This document shows, in pieces, positions 41,391 through 54,964 of a stretch of DNA of 64,000 bases. Under the pieces are notes generated by a model. It saw only the letters and a program-made list of their open reading frames with translations. It was not told the DNA's origin and did no database searches. Both the position numbers and the translations under genes were made by a program. Source of the DNA: Octopus vulgaris (Eukaryota). The stretch is taken from NCBI GenBank assembly GCA_951406725.2, contig OX597830.1:75020001-75084000 (forward strand). The letters are read 5' to 3'. Every line of letters starts with the position of its first letter. Position 1 is the first letter of the stretch.

Positions 41391-41989
41391 TATATATAGT
41401 TTTGTTTTGAGTTTTATTTTTCCTAGTTCCATTATTAAATTGTTCACATGTGTGTTTGTTTGTGTATGTGTGTGTTTGCGCGCGTGTGTGTATTTGTGTG
41501 TGCATGTGTGTTTGCTTGCGTGTGTGTCTCCCGTGTGAGAGTAGTGCCGGGTCGGGGCTTATGTTATAGAATAATTGTCACGGATTTTTTAAAATTTTGT
41601 TATAATTCTATGCATATAGTTATTCCGTCCGCACATTCACCCTGTTGTAGTCCCCTATTTGGACTTGTCTGTTCTGCTTTGTCTATTTATGTATAGCCTG
41701 TTGTGGCCAGTTTCAAAATAAAACTTCACTAGCAGGCTGTTCCGATGATCTGTCCGCTGCGACACTCGTCTTAACCGACGTTGTGCCATTTTTAAGTGTG
41801 TTTGTTTGTATGTGTGTGTGCGTGAACGTGCGTGTAAGAGTGTGCGTGCGTATATATAGGCACACGTGCGTATATATATAACAAATATACACACACATAC
41901 ACACAAATACATATATCTATATATACATATGAGTGTGTGTGTGTTTGTGTGTGTGTATAAGTATATGAATACCTGTTATGATGATGATG

Positions 41990-42302
41990 ACCATGAGTTT
42001 GCACCTAGAGAGTAACCCTCTGAGGCACAAGTCTGGGCAAGGTTGTTTTATGGAAGACCAGCAGTCGCCCATGCATACCGGCCTCCCCTCTCCACGCCAC
42101 CAGTGTTATCCAAGGGAAAGGCAAAGGGGCCGATACAGCTTGGTACCTGTGACATCGCAACTCATTTCTACAGCTGAGTGAACTGGAGCAACGTGAAATA
42201 AAGTGCCTTGCTCAAGAACACAACACGCAGCCCGGTCCGGGATTCGAGCTCACAACCTCACGATCGTAAGCTCGACGATCTAACAACTGAGCCACGCGCC
42301 TT
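41990..42302 (-). mobile_element. SINE family C, full length
   Basis: Minus strand has A box TGGCTCAGTTG and B box GCTCGAATCC, then gtgttcttgagcaaggcacttt and the body. Confidence 0.9.
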
Positions 42303-42663
42303 CATATAAATCATTCTAAACATAACTACTCGAAATTAGTATTATCAATATACTAACCAGAACAGAAGCCGTCGCCTCTAACATTCAATTTAAATACCAG
42401 ACTAACGAAAATGTATAACAATCATTGTATTAGCTACTCAAACACCATCAGGAATACAACAGATATTACATTAGAGATCACCGCAACTAAGAAAACAAAA
42501 TAAAACAAAACAAAACAAAAAGCTTAAAAAATATATAAAATAGAGAAATACAAAAAAATATATATATATTTCCCTTCAGCTTTAACACAATAGGTTATAT
42601 TTTGTTGCTTGATATTGTGTACATTAATATTCTATTCTCTTGCGTACCTTGCTAAAAGAAATT

Positions 42664-42739
<76 letters not shown>

Positions 42740-42783
42740 TATTTATGTACATATAGATATATAGATATATATATATAGATCTA

Positions 42784-42842
<59 letters not shown>

Positions 42843-43407
42843 TCGTTTCTTTCAATCAGATAAATGACTGAACTAACGGCATATAGATAGGAAAATGAAA
42901 AAGTTAAGTTAATCTAAAGAATTTATACACACACGCACACACACACACACATATATATATACATATATAAATATATATTTATTATTAATATATATATATA
43001 TACACACACACACATATATATTTAAATATATATGTATATGTTGACGCATATATGTATGTTTGTGTTTATATATATGGTGTATGCTAATTTATGCAAATAC
43101 ATAGGTATATTTTTGAAAGTACTAGATATTATATATGAATGTATATGCATGTGTCTGTATGTATATATGTGCGTGTTGGCAAAAAAACATTGACTTGTGC
43201 GTCTGTATTTGAGCCGCGTACACTGTGTGTATACGTATATGTACATGTGTATGTATCCCTGTACATACACAGACACACACACACGTGTATATATTTATAT
43301 ATTCTTACATACACATAAATACATGTATGCACATATATACATACATATAGAGTTGGCTTTTAAGTCGTAATCATGCACACGCGAGTACACACTCACACAT
43401 ACACACA

Positions 43408-43457
<50 letters not shown>

Positions 43458-43847
43458 TGTATGTGTTTGTAAATGGTAGGCGACGTCAAAGATGAAGAAA
43501 AAAATGTTATAAAACACTAAAAAGTACCTTTAAGATAAGGTAAAATCATTTTGAGATTACATTGTTTCATTTAGAGTGTGTACTGACGTACGTACGTACG
43601 TACATACATACATACGTACGTACGTACATAAATTCGAACTTATATCCATCCATCCATCCATCCATCCATCCATCTACAGACGTGTGTGTGCATGCGTGCG
43701 TGTATGTGCGCAGGAGGCTTGTTTGTGTGCATATGTGTGTGTGTGTGTGTGTTTACAGCACATTCTATGTATATAAATATATATATATATTTGTATGTGT
43801 CTATGCACGTATATATTTTATATACGCACACACGCTATATATTCTCT

Positions 43848-43905
<58 letters not shown>

Positions 43906-43991
43906 GTACAAACCTTTTCTTATAGTCATATATTATTCATACATACAGTTATACATAATATCTATCTATCTATCTATCTAGCTCTCTCTCT

Positions 43992-44029
<38 letters not shown>

Positions 44030-44194
44030 GTATATTTTTATATAATGCATACATACGTTCATACAGACACGTACCACCTTCTTCTTCTCTCTCTCTCTCT
44101 CTCTTTCTCTCCTCTTTTTCTTAATCATTTTCCTTCTCTCTCTGGGGTTTGCAACGAGGTAAGTTATTTAAGACAATAACCAGAGAAATCATAT

Positions 44195-44385
44195 CCAAAT
44201 GAGTCAGCCACATGAGCAATCATATTCGTTACTCGACTTTACTTTGCCCCAGTCTGCTTCCTTGCAACACTTCGTGAGTTCATAACGTCTGTAGGTTGAA
44301 GCTTGAGATTTATTTTATTTTATTTTTCTATTAATCGCTTCCTTATATGGAAGTAGAACAATATGTCATTTGATTGATTGGCAAT
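44195..44385. promoter_or_regulatory. Candidate enhancer: AP-1, CArG+ETS, PBX/CCAAT
   Basis: TGAGTCA 44200-44206; CCTTATATGG 44341-44350 overlapping GGAAGT; TGATTGATTGG 44371-44381; unique sequence. Confidence 0.4.
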
Positions 44386-44609
44386 TTGTCAGGGCGTAAA
44401 AGAATCTCTTGCAGGAGTTGAAATGCTATTGTACTGCCAGACGGGGTTTTTTTTGGGTTTTTTTTGGTGGGGGTGTTATTTATTAATTTATTAATTAATT
44501 AACTTACTTATTTATTTATTTCTTCAATCATTCATTTTTACATTCTCTGATCAAATTACGCCGAATCATGCCTAAGTTCTCTGTTTCACTGCTGCTGCTG
44601 CTGCTGCTG

Positions 44610-44656
<47 letters not shown>

Positions 44657-45212
44657 ACTGCTGCTTCTTCTGCTTCTTTGTCGCCGTCTTCGTTGTCGGT
44701 GTCATCGTCATTTTTCCTCTTTGCTTCTTTTCGTTGTCGTCGTGGTCGGAGTCTTTGTGGTTATGGTCGTCATGGTCAACGTTATCTTGATTATTAGCAT
44801 CATTTTCTTCTGCCTCTCTTATTTCTTCATTTCTTTTGCCCTTTCTCCTTTTCCTAATGCTCCACCATTTACATTTCATCCTCACCCACGCATCAGAATT
44901 GGTTTCGAACTGCTACAGGTGGAGTTTTGCGATGCCAACTAAATGTACACCATTCACACACGCAAAAAAAAAAATTAAAGATTAAAAAATTTAAAAAAAC
45001 AAACAAGGAAGACGATTGAGCTGGAATTTAGCAAATTGTTTTCTGATCAACTATTCAAAGCCACTATAAAATAATTTGGTTGAGAATGGGTCGATGTATT
45101 TCTATTATTTCAGCGAGCAATGGTTAAAAATAACAAAACAGAAAACAAAAAAGATAAATGTGTTACGATTGGATACGAGAGCAAATTAAAAAAAAAACAG
45201 GAGAAATACAAC

Positions 45213-45248
<36 letters not shown>

Positions 45249-45959
45249 ATATATAATAATAAAAACGTGGGAGTGTAATTTGTGTCAATTTCTATTGTTT
45301 GTGGAAAAAATGAGTTATGTACCAAGAAAATATATGTCGCATTTACTGTTAAGGCTTGTATCACTAGTGATTCAACATAGATATGATTAAATATTTGAAA
45401 CAATAGCCACCCCGTGTTGCTAGATGCATAAAAGTCACACTCCACGTACGAAGCCGACAGGCGTGGATAATCATGGACCACCAACGTCTGAAGATTCGTT
45501 TTCTTGAGAAAGATACAAGTGGTTTACCGTAGCCTTTGGAGAGTATATTTTCATTTCACTTTATTAATTACCTGTTTCCTGAGCTTAACTTCATGTCTAA
45601 GTTCCTGTCTAACCCTTCAACAGAAGCAGGTTTCTCTTGATATCAGAACATGCTGTCATACCTGCGTGACTGTTGGACACATGTCTTAGGATCAACCCTT
45701 CTCAGAGTCCGTTGTGCTTTAGCCCCGACATAAAACATGATGTCTTTACAGTAAATTTCGTTACAGGAAGGGCGAAAAATATACTCAACAAAACCTGAAC
45801 TCCCAACCCGAAAACACGTTTTGATGCATTTCATATCTTGGTCTGGAAATATGTAAGATGCATTATTGAAAGTGCCTTTAATTTATTTGAAATTATAAGA
45901 GGTGATTGGAAAGATGTTTCACTGCCAGTTCTGACATGACAATCAGTTAATCTCTATAT

Positions 45960-46430
45960 TAACAAGGTGCATTGCAAATGTTTTGAGACACATTTATTAA
46001 CCTCGAATAAGTCCAAAGCACTAGTCTTCAAAATAGGATCCTGTGATTTCAATGCAATTGTAACGCCATTTCGTGAAGACCCCATGCAAGTCTTCCGAAG
46101 TGAATGACCCTGGGACCGCTGTCACAGCCTACTTCATCTATTCAGTGTCTTCCAAACTACTGCCCCTGAGGGCGTTCTTCAGCTTGGTTAACAACCAAAA
46201 TTTATAGTAAGAAAGTGCTAGAGAGTAGGGAGGATAGAGCTATTTAGATACCCATTTCTGTCAATTAGTTTGTTACCAGAAAGAAATTTTGGACCAGCGT
46301 GTTGTCCTGATGCAGGTACCACCGACTCGAGTGGAAGCGCTCTGGACGTTTGCGACGAAATCTCTTTATGAGCACTCTCAAAACCTCCACAAAGCACTCT
46401 TTCTTGACTGCCTGGCCAGATATCAGAGTA
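45960..46430 (-). mobile_element. Mariner transposase remnant
   Basis: GQAVKKECFVEVLRVLIKRFRRKRPERFHSSRWYLHQDNT includes the HxDN catalytic-D motif. Confidence 0.85.
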
Positions 46431-46810
46431 TAATAATTAAAAAAAAAAAACAATACGAAGAATGGTGAATTACATATCTTTTACTACATAATTTGTAATC
46501 CATTATTCACTTCATATGAGTTAGCGTTCCTTAAACAATTATATGTTAATTCTGAACTTAAGTTGATCCATAAATAATCGGCTACAGTAGTATATTAAGA
46601 AAGAAAATCAACATAGCTCACCCTACGCAGAGCGACCATGTTCGGAAGATTGTAGACCATAGAAATATTTGAATACTGAATTCGGTTAAATATAAACCAA
46701 TTTAAGTGTTATGTCAAAACATCATGGTATTAAATAACCGTAAATCAACTGAAACCCGCGTAAATATATATATGTATATATATATGTGTGTGTGAGTGTG
46801 TGTGTGTGTG

Positions 46811-47683
46811 TATGTGCCTGATCAATAAGTATCCAAATTGTTGCCATAGTAACGAGGTCAAAGCACGCAGACTGAAGCCGTTTAGCACAGATTGACCTTG
46901 AGCTCAGCTGTGCATGCCCACTAAGTTTTAACGTTCTAGCTCACTTCCACTGGTTACAGCTGTGCTAGGAAGGAAGGTGTGTAGCGTGTGATCGTCGCCC
47001 TGACCATGACAGAGAAAGTTTTCATGGTGATACCTGCTCAGAGGCCTACGCACAGTTGCAGAAAGTGTACAGAGAGGAGTGCATGAGCGTATGAGTGGAT
47101 CAGACGTTTCCGAGATGGCCGAAAACATGTCGATATTGACGATCGTTTTCGGAGACCCGCAAACAGCAGAACCGAGAAAAACATTGCAGATGTTCATGCA
47201 ACTTTGAGGAGAAATCGTCGAATCACCATCCGTGGGCTATCAGCGGACGCTCAGATTAGTTACGGTTGTGTTCAGTTCACTATCATCGAAGATCTGGGTA
47301 TGAGACGCGTGTCTTCCGAATTTGTGCCGAAACTGCTTTCAGCCGACCACAACGGCACTCAAGATTTCCTTGATTGTGTCGAGTATGATGAAAACATTTT
47401 CAAAATTTTGCGTGTGCCTCTGAGGAGGTATCGCCAAGCTTTTGGCGAAATTTGGTGCATAGTCTCTACTTAACTTTCCCTTTCATGGTCAATGCCATGA
47501 TCACACGCTAAACACCTTTCTTCCAAGCACTGCTGTAAGCAGCGGAAGTGAGATAAGAAAATTAAAACTTAGTGTAAGTACACAGAAGAATTCCAGGTCA
47601 ATCTATGCCAAGCGAATTCTCTGTGTGTGCTTTAGCTTCATTGATATGGCAAGAGTCCTGATGTTTATTGAACAGACCACGTA
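46811..47683 (+). mobile_element. Internally deleted mariner with ~210-bp TIRs
   Basis: 46811-47020 is the diverged reverse complement of 47472-47683; TA at both ends; internal RRITIRGLS..ISYG.VQ.II.EDLGMRRVS.EFVPKLL (HTH plus WVPHEL-like motif). Confidence 0.88.
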
Positions 47684-47789
47684 TATGCATATTTATATAT
47701 TTATCCTTTTACTTTTTCTTCAGTCATTTGACTTTGGCCATACTGGAGCGCTGCGCTGAATGATTTTAGCAGAGCAACTCGACGATACA

Positions 47790-47826
<37 letters not shown>

Positions 47827-47829
47827 GAT

Positions 47830-48212
47830 AAATGAATTATCTTATTACGGATAATTCAAATGATAACCGATACCTGGGTAGCAAAAATCACAACAGAAAA
47901 AGCACGGTTGAAGTTACGACCATGGGGCATAAAAACCGTGCCTTAGTGCGGAAATTTGAAGTTTTATATATTAAGTGTAGGAAAAAATGGAGTTGAACGA
48001 AGATTTAACAAAATTCTTTATATTATTTTCTACATATGTTTCGAAGGCTGCAAAGTCCCTAATTCGGATTGAATAAGGAGTCCATTTTGCAGCTTTCTCT
48101 TCAGCTGCAAAATGGACTCCTTATTCAATCCGAATTAGGGACTTTGCAGCCTTCGAAACATATGTAGAAAATAATATAAAGGAATTTTGTTAAATCTTCG
48201 TTCAGCTCCTAC

Positions 48213-48216
<4 letters not shown>
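47830..48216 (-). mobile_element. Fold-back PLE-derived element 1 with a ~105-bp near-perfect palindrome
   Basis: Arms 47989-48094 and 48103-48209 around an 8-nt spacer; minus strand has CUGAAGA-GAAAGCUGCAAA...UUUGCAGCCUUC-GAAA-CAUAUG-UA^GAAAA (48026-48104). Confidence 0.85.
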
Positions 48217-48283
<67 letters not shown>

Positions 48284-48299
48284 ATATATTTAAATAGGT

Positions 48300-48718
48300 G
48301 AATGAATGATCCTAGTATGGATAATTCGGTTAATCGATACCTGGGTAGCAAATTCACGTCAGAAAACACGGTTGAAGCTACGTGCCAAGGGCAGAAACCC
48401 CGTGTTCTTGTGTGGAAATTTGTGTGTTTTTTTATATGAATAAATGAAAGAATGGAGTCGAACTAAGATTTTAACAAAATTCCTTTACTCTCAACACATG
48501 TTTCGAAGACTGCATACTCTTAATTCCGAAGGAATAAAGGGTGCATTATGCCGTCTTCTCACCAGGAAAGACAAGGAACCTCTATCAGCCTCAAGACGAA
48601 CAAAAACCTTTTGATGACTGCCTACATGGTGTCCACAGTGATAATGCCGTCTTCGAAACATGTGTTGAGAGTAAAGGAATTTTGTTAAAATCTTAGTTCG
48701 ACTCCATTCTTTCATTTA

Positions 48719-48726
<8 letters not shown>
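48300..48726 (-). mobile_element. Fold-back PLE-derived element 2 with ~78-bp perfect inverted arms
   Basis: Arms 48433-48510 and 48649-48726; 48300-48480 is homologous to 47830-48020; HHR at 48488-48570 (minus) reads CUUUC-CUGGUGA-GAAGACGGCAUA...UAUGCAGUCUUC-GAAA-CAUGUG-UU^GAGAG. Confidence 0.85.
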
Positions 48727-48779
<53 letters not shown>

Positions 48780-50296
48780 ATTTATATATATATAAATATA
48801 TATATATATGTATGTGAGTGTGTGTGTATACATATACGTATGTATGTGTATATAAACGTTTGTGTATTTGTGGATGGTGGTATGCGTGCTTTATGTTGCT
48901 TTTCTTGCTTATATCTTTATACTGGAGGATTAAAATTTTCTCCACATTAACAAAAATATAAACTTCTAAAAAGAAGACTCCTTAAAACTTTCATTTCGTT
49001 TCCATATTTCCTATATTCTCTTACAGAATATTTATTTGCTGCAATACGCATTGAGGTCCGTTGCTGTCACTAGAACTTATTTGTCTTATATTCTGAACGG
49101 AATACGTCTTGTAGCAATTTCTTTTCCTTTATTTTTTATAAACATTTATGAACGAATAATTCAGGATTTTCAGTCCGTTAGCAACAACTTAGCAGTTAAA
49201 GTGTTATTCTGTTTTATAGGATACCCAGAGGAATTGTTGAGAAATACGAAACATCCTAAACGAAATTTTAAAACTGGGGTACTGTTTTTCCTTTTTTTTT
49301 TTGAAGATTCCTGAATGTATATATATATATAAATATATATATACATATACATGCACATATGGGAATACGTACATACGAACACATATATGGCGGTATTTTA
49401 AATGTGTTTGAATGTGTGAATGTATACTTAATTTTTCAGAGGTAATAAAAGGACCAACGTGAACGCGACATGTGTGCTTGAATGTGACTAGAAATACATG
49501 AATGTATACACACGTGTGCATGTATGCATATATATGACTTCATATGGATTTATACCGCCATATGTTTTACTATGTACGTATTTACGTACGTGCATGTGAA
49601 TATATTTATATATATATGTGTGTGAGTATGTATATTTACATGTGTATATTTGTATGTATATATATATATGCATACGTATATATATATATATATACACACT
49701 ATTACAATACAATAGTATAATTTTCCAGCGATGAGCCTTGTAAAGATTGAATTACATAGCATCGTTATTGGATATTGACTGCTATTTCCAGCAAATATTA
49801 GTGCCTTGTTGTGTCACTATTTCCTGTCTATAATTCAACCTTTACTGTGCTTATCCTGGAAAATAATACTATGGTATCGTAATAACATTTATAAATTTTT
49901 ATGTAAATCTATTCACTGATCTCCGCCTCGTTTACAGGTTGGTCTATCAGCCTAGTGCACAGGCATTGATGTAACGGACGTTTTAAATTTTGCCTTAGGT
50001 TAACCTAGCTATAAAAGACTAACCTCATTTGCGATAATAGACTTATTCTGGAATGGCAGAAACTTGAGTACTAGGTTGTTCATTTTGCAGGCGTTTCTCC
50101 TAGACGTAAGACGAACATTTTTTTATGTTCGCCTCCCCCACACATTTTTGCATCTATACATTCAGTGAAGCTTCACATAGTGTTGCACAGTTATCGAGCG
50201 CTATTTCCAGCAAACATTGGTGCCTTCTTGTGCTACTATTTTCTACTCACACACACACACACGCACACACACACACACACACGCACACGCACACGC

Positions 50297-50363
<67 letters not shown>

Positions 50364-50384
50364 TATATATCTTGTGTTGTCCGG

Positions 50385-50697
50385 AATGTGTTACCCCACC
50401 CTCCATATTCACCAGATATAGCTCCTTCGGATTTCTACTTATTCAGGTCTCTGCAGAATAGTCTTAATGGTAAAAATTTCAATTCATTGTATGACGTAAA
50501 AAGATACCTTGATGAATTTTTTGCCATGAAACCACCTCAATTCTGGGAAGAGGGTATTTTCAAATTAAAGGAATGATGGAGACGCATTGTGCAACAAAAT
50601 GTTCAATATTTGGTTGATTAAAAATGTAATTGCAAGTATTTATTGACCATTTCTTTCTTTTAAAAATCGGCACGAACTTTCCGGACAACCCAAAATA
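50385..50697 (+). mobile_element. Mariner 3' remnant with right TIR
   Basis: VLPHPPYSPDIAPSDFYLFRSLQNSL..FWEEGIFKLKE*WRRIV (YSPDLAP motif), then cggcacgaactttccggacaaccca. Confidence 0.92.
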
Positions 50698-51124
50698 TAA
50701 ATATACATATAGATATATATGTAGGCAATATATGTATGCATGTATGTATGCATGTATGTATGCATGCATTCATGTATGTATCTGCAGATTTTAAATGTAT
50801 ATATGTACCTATGTATATATAGATGAGTCCTATCAGTATTTTAGTGCTGTTTTTTTACTAATGACTCAACCATTGCATGTAGTACCAAAATCTTAGCATA
50901 TGGTTGTACAGAATCACATGGGCTAAGGGCATTGGGAGCCTCCTTGATCTAGTCTTAGGTTTAGCCGACCAGTAGTAAACTTTTGATTAAATTATTCATG
51001 TGCTTATCACCTTACGTGTACGAAAATTGATTAGCGACAAGCCTTTGCAAAGCTTACTCAATGACCATTCAAGTTTCATCGAACCTTTTATGTATGTATA
51101 TATAAAGGATGTTAAGTTATATAC

Positions 51125-51184
<60 letters not shown>

Positions 51185-51208
51185 GTGTGTGTGTATATAT
51201 ATATATAT

Positions 51209-51295
<87 letters not shown>

Positions 51296-51419
51296 GTGTA
51301 TATATATATATATGTGTATATATATTTTTTTCTCTCCTTTTTTCTTTCCTTTTTTCTTTCCTTTTTTCTCTCCTTGTTTTTTCACTCCTCTTTTTTCTCT
51401 CCTTTTTTCTCTCCTTGTT

Positions 51420-51575
51420 TCTCTTCTTGTTTTTTCTGTCTCCCTTCCTATATAAGAGCGTAGGCTCGAAACGTAAAATACTTTTTCTATTCCTGAGCGT
51501 TATACTAATACATCTGTTTGTTTTGTACACCATCTGTCTTCGTCTTTTGTTGTTTTTTTTCGTAAACTCTCCCTA
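51420..51575 (+). mobile_element. Second copy of the family 3 repeat (degenerate hammerhead-like core)
   Basis: GAGC(guag)GCUC-GAAA-CG-UA at 51456-51475; downstream sequence matches 34695-34750. Confidence 0.55.
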
Positions 51576-51604
51576 TATATATATATATATATTAAAAGAC
51601 TAAA

Positions 51605-51925
51605 ATACTCCGCCGGTTACGACGACGAGGGTCCCAGCTGATACGATCAACGGAACAGCTTGCTCGTGAAATTAACGTGCAAATGGCTGAGCATTCCACA
51701 GACACGTGTACCCTTAACGTAGTTCTCGGGGATAATCAGCGTGACACAGAGAGTGACAAGGCTGACCCTTTGAAATACAAGTACAACTCATTTTTGCCAG
51801 CTGAGTGGACTGGAGCAACGTGAAATAAAGTGTCTTGCTCAAGGACACAACGCGTCGCCGGGAATCGAACTCACAACCTTACGATCATGAGCCGAATGCC
51901 CTAACCACTAAGCCACGCGCCCTCA
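51605..51925 (-). mobile_element. SINE family D, full length
   Basis: A box TGGCTTAGTGG, B box GTTCGATTCC; head shared with family C but with a different tail. Confidence 0.88.
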
Positions 51926-52662
51926 CACATATATATATATATATACATAGTGGTCATCACCTCACAATTTCACTTCTCTATCTCTGAACGTCTCGGTCCT
52001 CGTCGCTGCTGATTGAAAACGTTAGAGATCATTCGGTGGGGATTGTTCTCCGGCACCGGGGACATCTTGTTATAATCCAATCTCAGCGCAATAAGGATGA
52101 AAAATTCTTAGAACGAAAAACATAGGAGGAATCCATCAATTCGGAGTTAGGGGTACACGACTCACCTGCTTTTTGAAATTAATTTAGTCCCGTATATTCC
52201 TCAAATGTTAGATCAAACGGAGGCAGTCCTGGTATTTCGCGCACATGCGCAAATGCGGATTTTGGTCCTTTTTAAGAAAAGACATTCACGTGAAAAATGT
52301 GGACACATGAAACACTTCAATAATATGGAGAACACTTACACACACACAAAAATAGTATCCGGACACACACACACACACACAATCACACAGGCACACTCAT
52401 GCACACGCATAAAAAACACATACGCACATATACATACGCATATCTTAAAATACATAATGCGGTCATTTTGACACTGAGAAGTGTGGCATGTGTGTGTGTG
52501 TGTGTGTGCGTGTGAGTGATTGTCTGTGTGTGTGTAGTGTGTGTGTGCGTGCGTGTGAGTGATTGTCTGTGTGTGTAGTGTGTGTGTGCGTACATCGATT
52601 TATGATCGCATACACAAAGCATACATACTTTCAAACGTACATGTATTCATGCAGGCATTCTT

Positions 52663-52693
<31 letters not shown>

Positions 52694-52697
52694 CATA

Positions 52698-52768
<71 letters not shown>

Positions 52769-52795
52769 GTTTATATACATATATATATATATGCA

Positions 52796-52849
<54 letters not shown>

Positions 52850-53092
52850 CATATATACATATAGATATATATATAAAAATACATACATACATACATACAT
52901 ACATACATTCATACACTTACACATGTATTCATATATTCATACATGCATTTGAACATCCAAGTGCGTGTTTACTCAACCAATGGTCCTTTACAAAACACTA
53001 GCCCTATTGATCACAACAATTTATTTTACTTCCTATTCGTATCATATATTATTTGTTTTTGACAGCCATTTTATACACACACACACACACAC

Positions 53093-53125
<33 letters not shown>

Positions 53126-53469
53126 CGAACATGCATGTACATGCATACACACACACATTTATATATATGTGTATGTGTGTAAACACGCATTCATACATAT
53201 ATATATGTATATCTGTGCGAAATACGTATGTCTTTGGAGGGTTGTTATTGTATTCCTTATTAGTATAAATTTGTTATTAGTTTTATTGGGATAATCAATA
53301 TCATGTCTTTCGTTATTATTCTTAATATTAGCCGTATTCTTCTTCTTCATTTTCACTTGTGTTCTTCTCCATCCTTTTTCATCTTCTCCCTATTATTTTC
53401 TGAACCCCTTGTTCTTTTTTCCTATCCTTTTGATTCTTATCCTTATTGTTGTTGGTGTTATCGATGTCG

Positions 53470-53484
53470 TTGTTGTTGTTGTTG

Positions 53485-53546
<62 letters not shown>

Positions 53547-53788
53547 ATTATCATCATTTCTTCTATTGTAACTATTAATATTGTTACTGTTGTAATAATT
53601 ATTAATATTACCCCTATTATTGTCATTATCATCAGCATCACTATCATCATTATCATCATCGTCATCATCATCATCATCATCATCATCACTATCATCATCA
53701 TCATCATCATCCTCATCATCATCATCATCCTCATCACCACCATCATCATCATCCTCATCACCACCACCATCATCATCATCACTATTTA

Positions 53789-53842
<54 letters not shown>

Positions 53843-53890
53843 GATTATTATTATTATTATTATTATTATTATCATCATCATTATTAATAC

Positions 53891-53930
<40 letters not shown>

Positions 53931-54148
53931 ATAATAATTATTATTATTATTATTATTATAATTATTATTATTATTATTATCATCATCATTATTAATACTA
54001 TTAATATTATTATTATTATAATTATTATTATTATTATCATTATTATTATTATTATTATTATTATCATTATTATTATTATTATTGTTATTATTATTACTAT
54101 TATTATTATTATTAATTATTATTTTTATTATTATTATTATTATTATTA

Positions 54149-54180
<32 letters not shown>

Positions 54181-54285
54181 GTTATTATTATTATTATTAT
54201 CATTATTTTTATTATTATTATTATTATTATCATTATTATTACTTCCATCATCTTCATCGTCATCATCATCATAATCGTCGTCGTC
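53470..54285. repeat. Compound (TTA)n/(TCA)n microsatellite
   Basis: Directly visible; explains the poly-N/D/I ORFs. Confidence 0.97.
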
Positions 54286-54930
54286 CACGTCATTATCTGC
54301 AAGGGCATTGCGTGGACACCTTTTGTCAACTTTGCATTGTGCATGCACACTGCGCTGTCAACTGTGCAGTGAAGTGAACTGTGCAGTCAAGTGTGCATAT
54401 AACTGTGATTAGCTGTTCAACCAGTTGCTCTCTCCGCCGCCGCCGCCACTGTTGTTTCATTATCAATGTAACAAACCAGTAGCTGTTACGTTGTAATCAC
54501 AATGTTTTTTTTTTGTTGTTTTTTTTTTCCTTTTTAATAATATATGGATGATGGACACCTGATGATGAAGTAAATGTATCGCGAGGTAGAGCAGCCGGTT
54601 GTCGCAAGCTGTATAGCAGTATCAGAGCTGGCTTGTTTCAGGGTGTGCATAGCAGGTTTATTGGGTGGTTTTGGAGGCTGATGTAAATATGGCGGAGAAA
54701 GGGCTCTAGTTGGGTAGGTGTGGGAATGTACGGGTAAAAAACGATTGAGGAAGAAGAAGAAGAGGAGAAGGTGGAGGAGTGGAAGGAAATTATTTAAACG
54801 AGCAAAGGAAGAAGGGCTAGAAAAGAAAGGGCGGAATGAGAAAGAGAATTTGAGGAGAAGAAGAAGAAGAAGAAGAAGAAGAAGAAGAAGAAGAAGAAGA
54901 AGAAGAAGAAGAAGATGATGATGATGATAC

Positions 54931-54964
<34 letters not shown>

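Noticed and set aside
42230-42302. tRNA genes at SINE heads (also 51850-51925, 22170-22245)
   Set aside because: A/B boxes run straight into multi-copy SINE bodies and lack an acceptor stem.
54335-54402. pre-miRNA hairpin or paired metal-response elements (TGCACAC..GTGTGCA)
   Set aside because: Only ~8-10 bp of pairing, the interior is a direct repeat, and no known miRNA was recognised.
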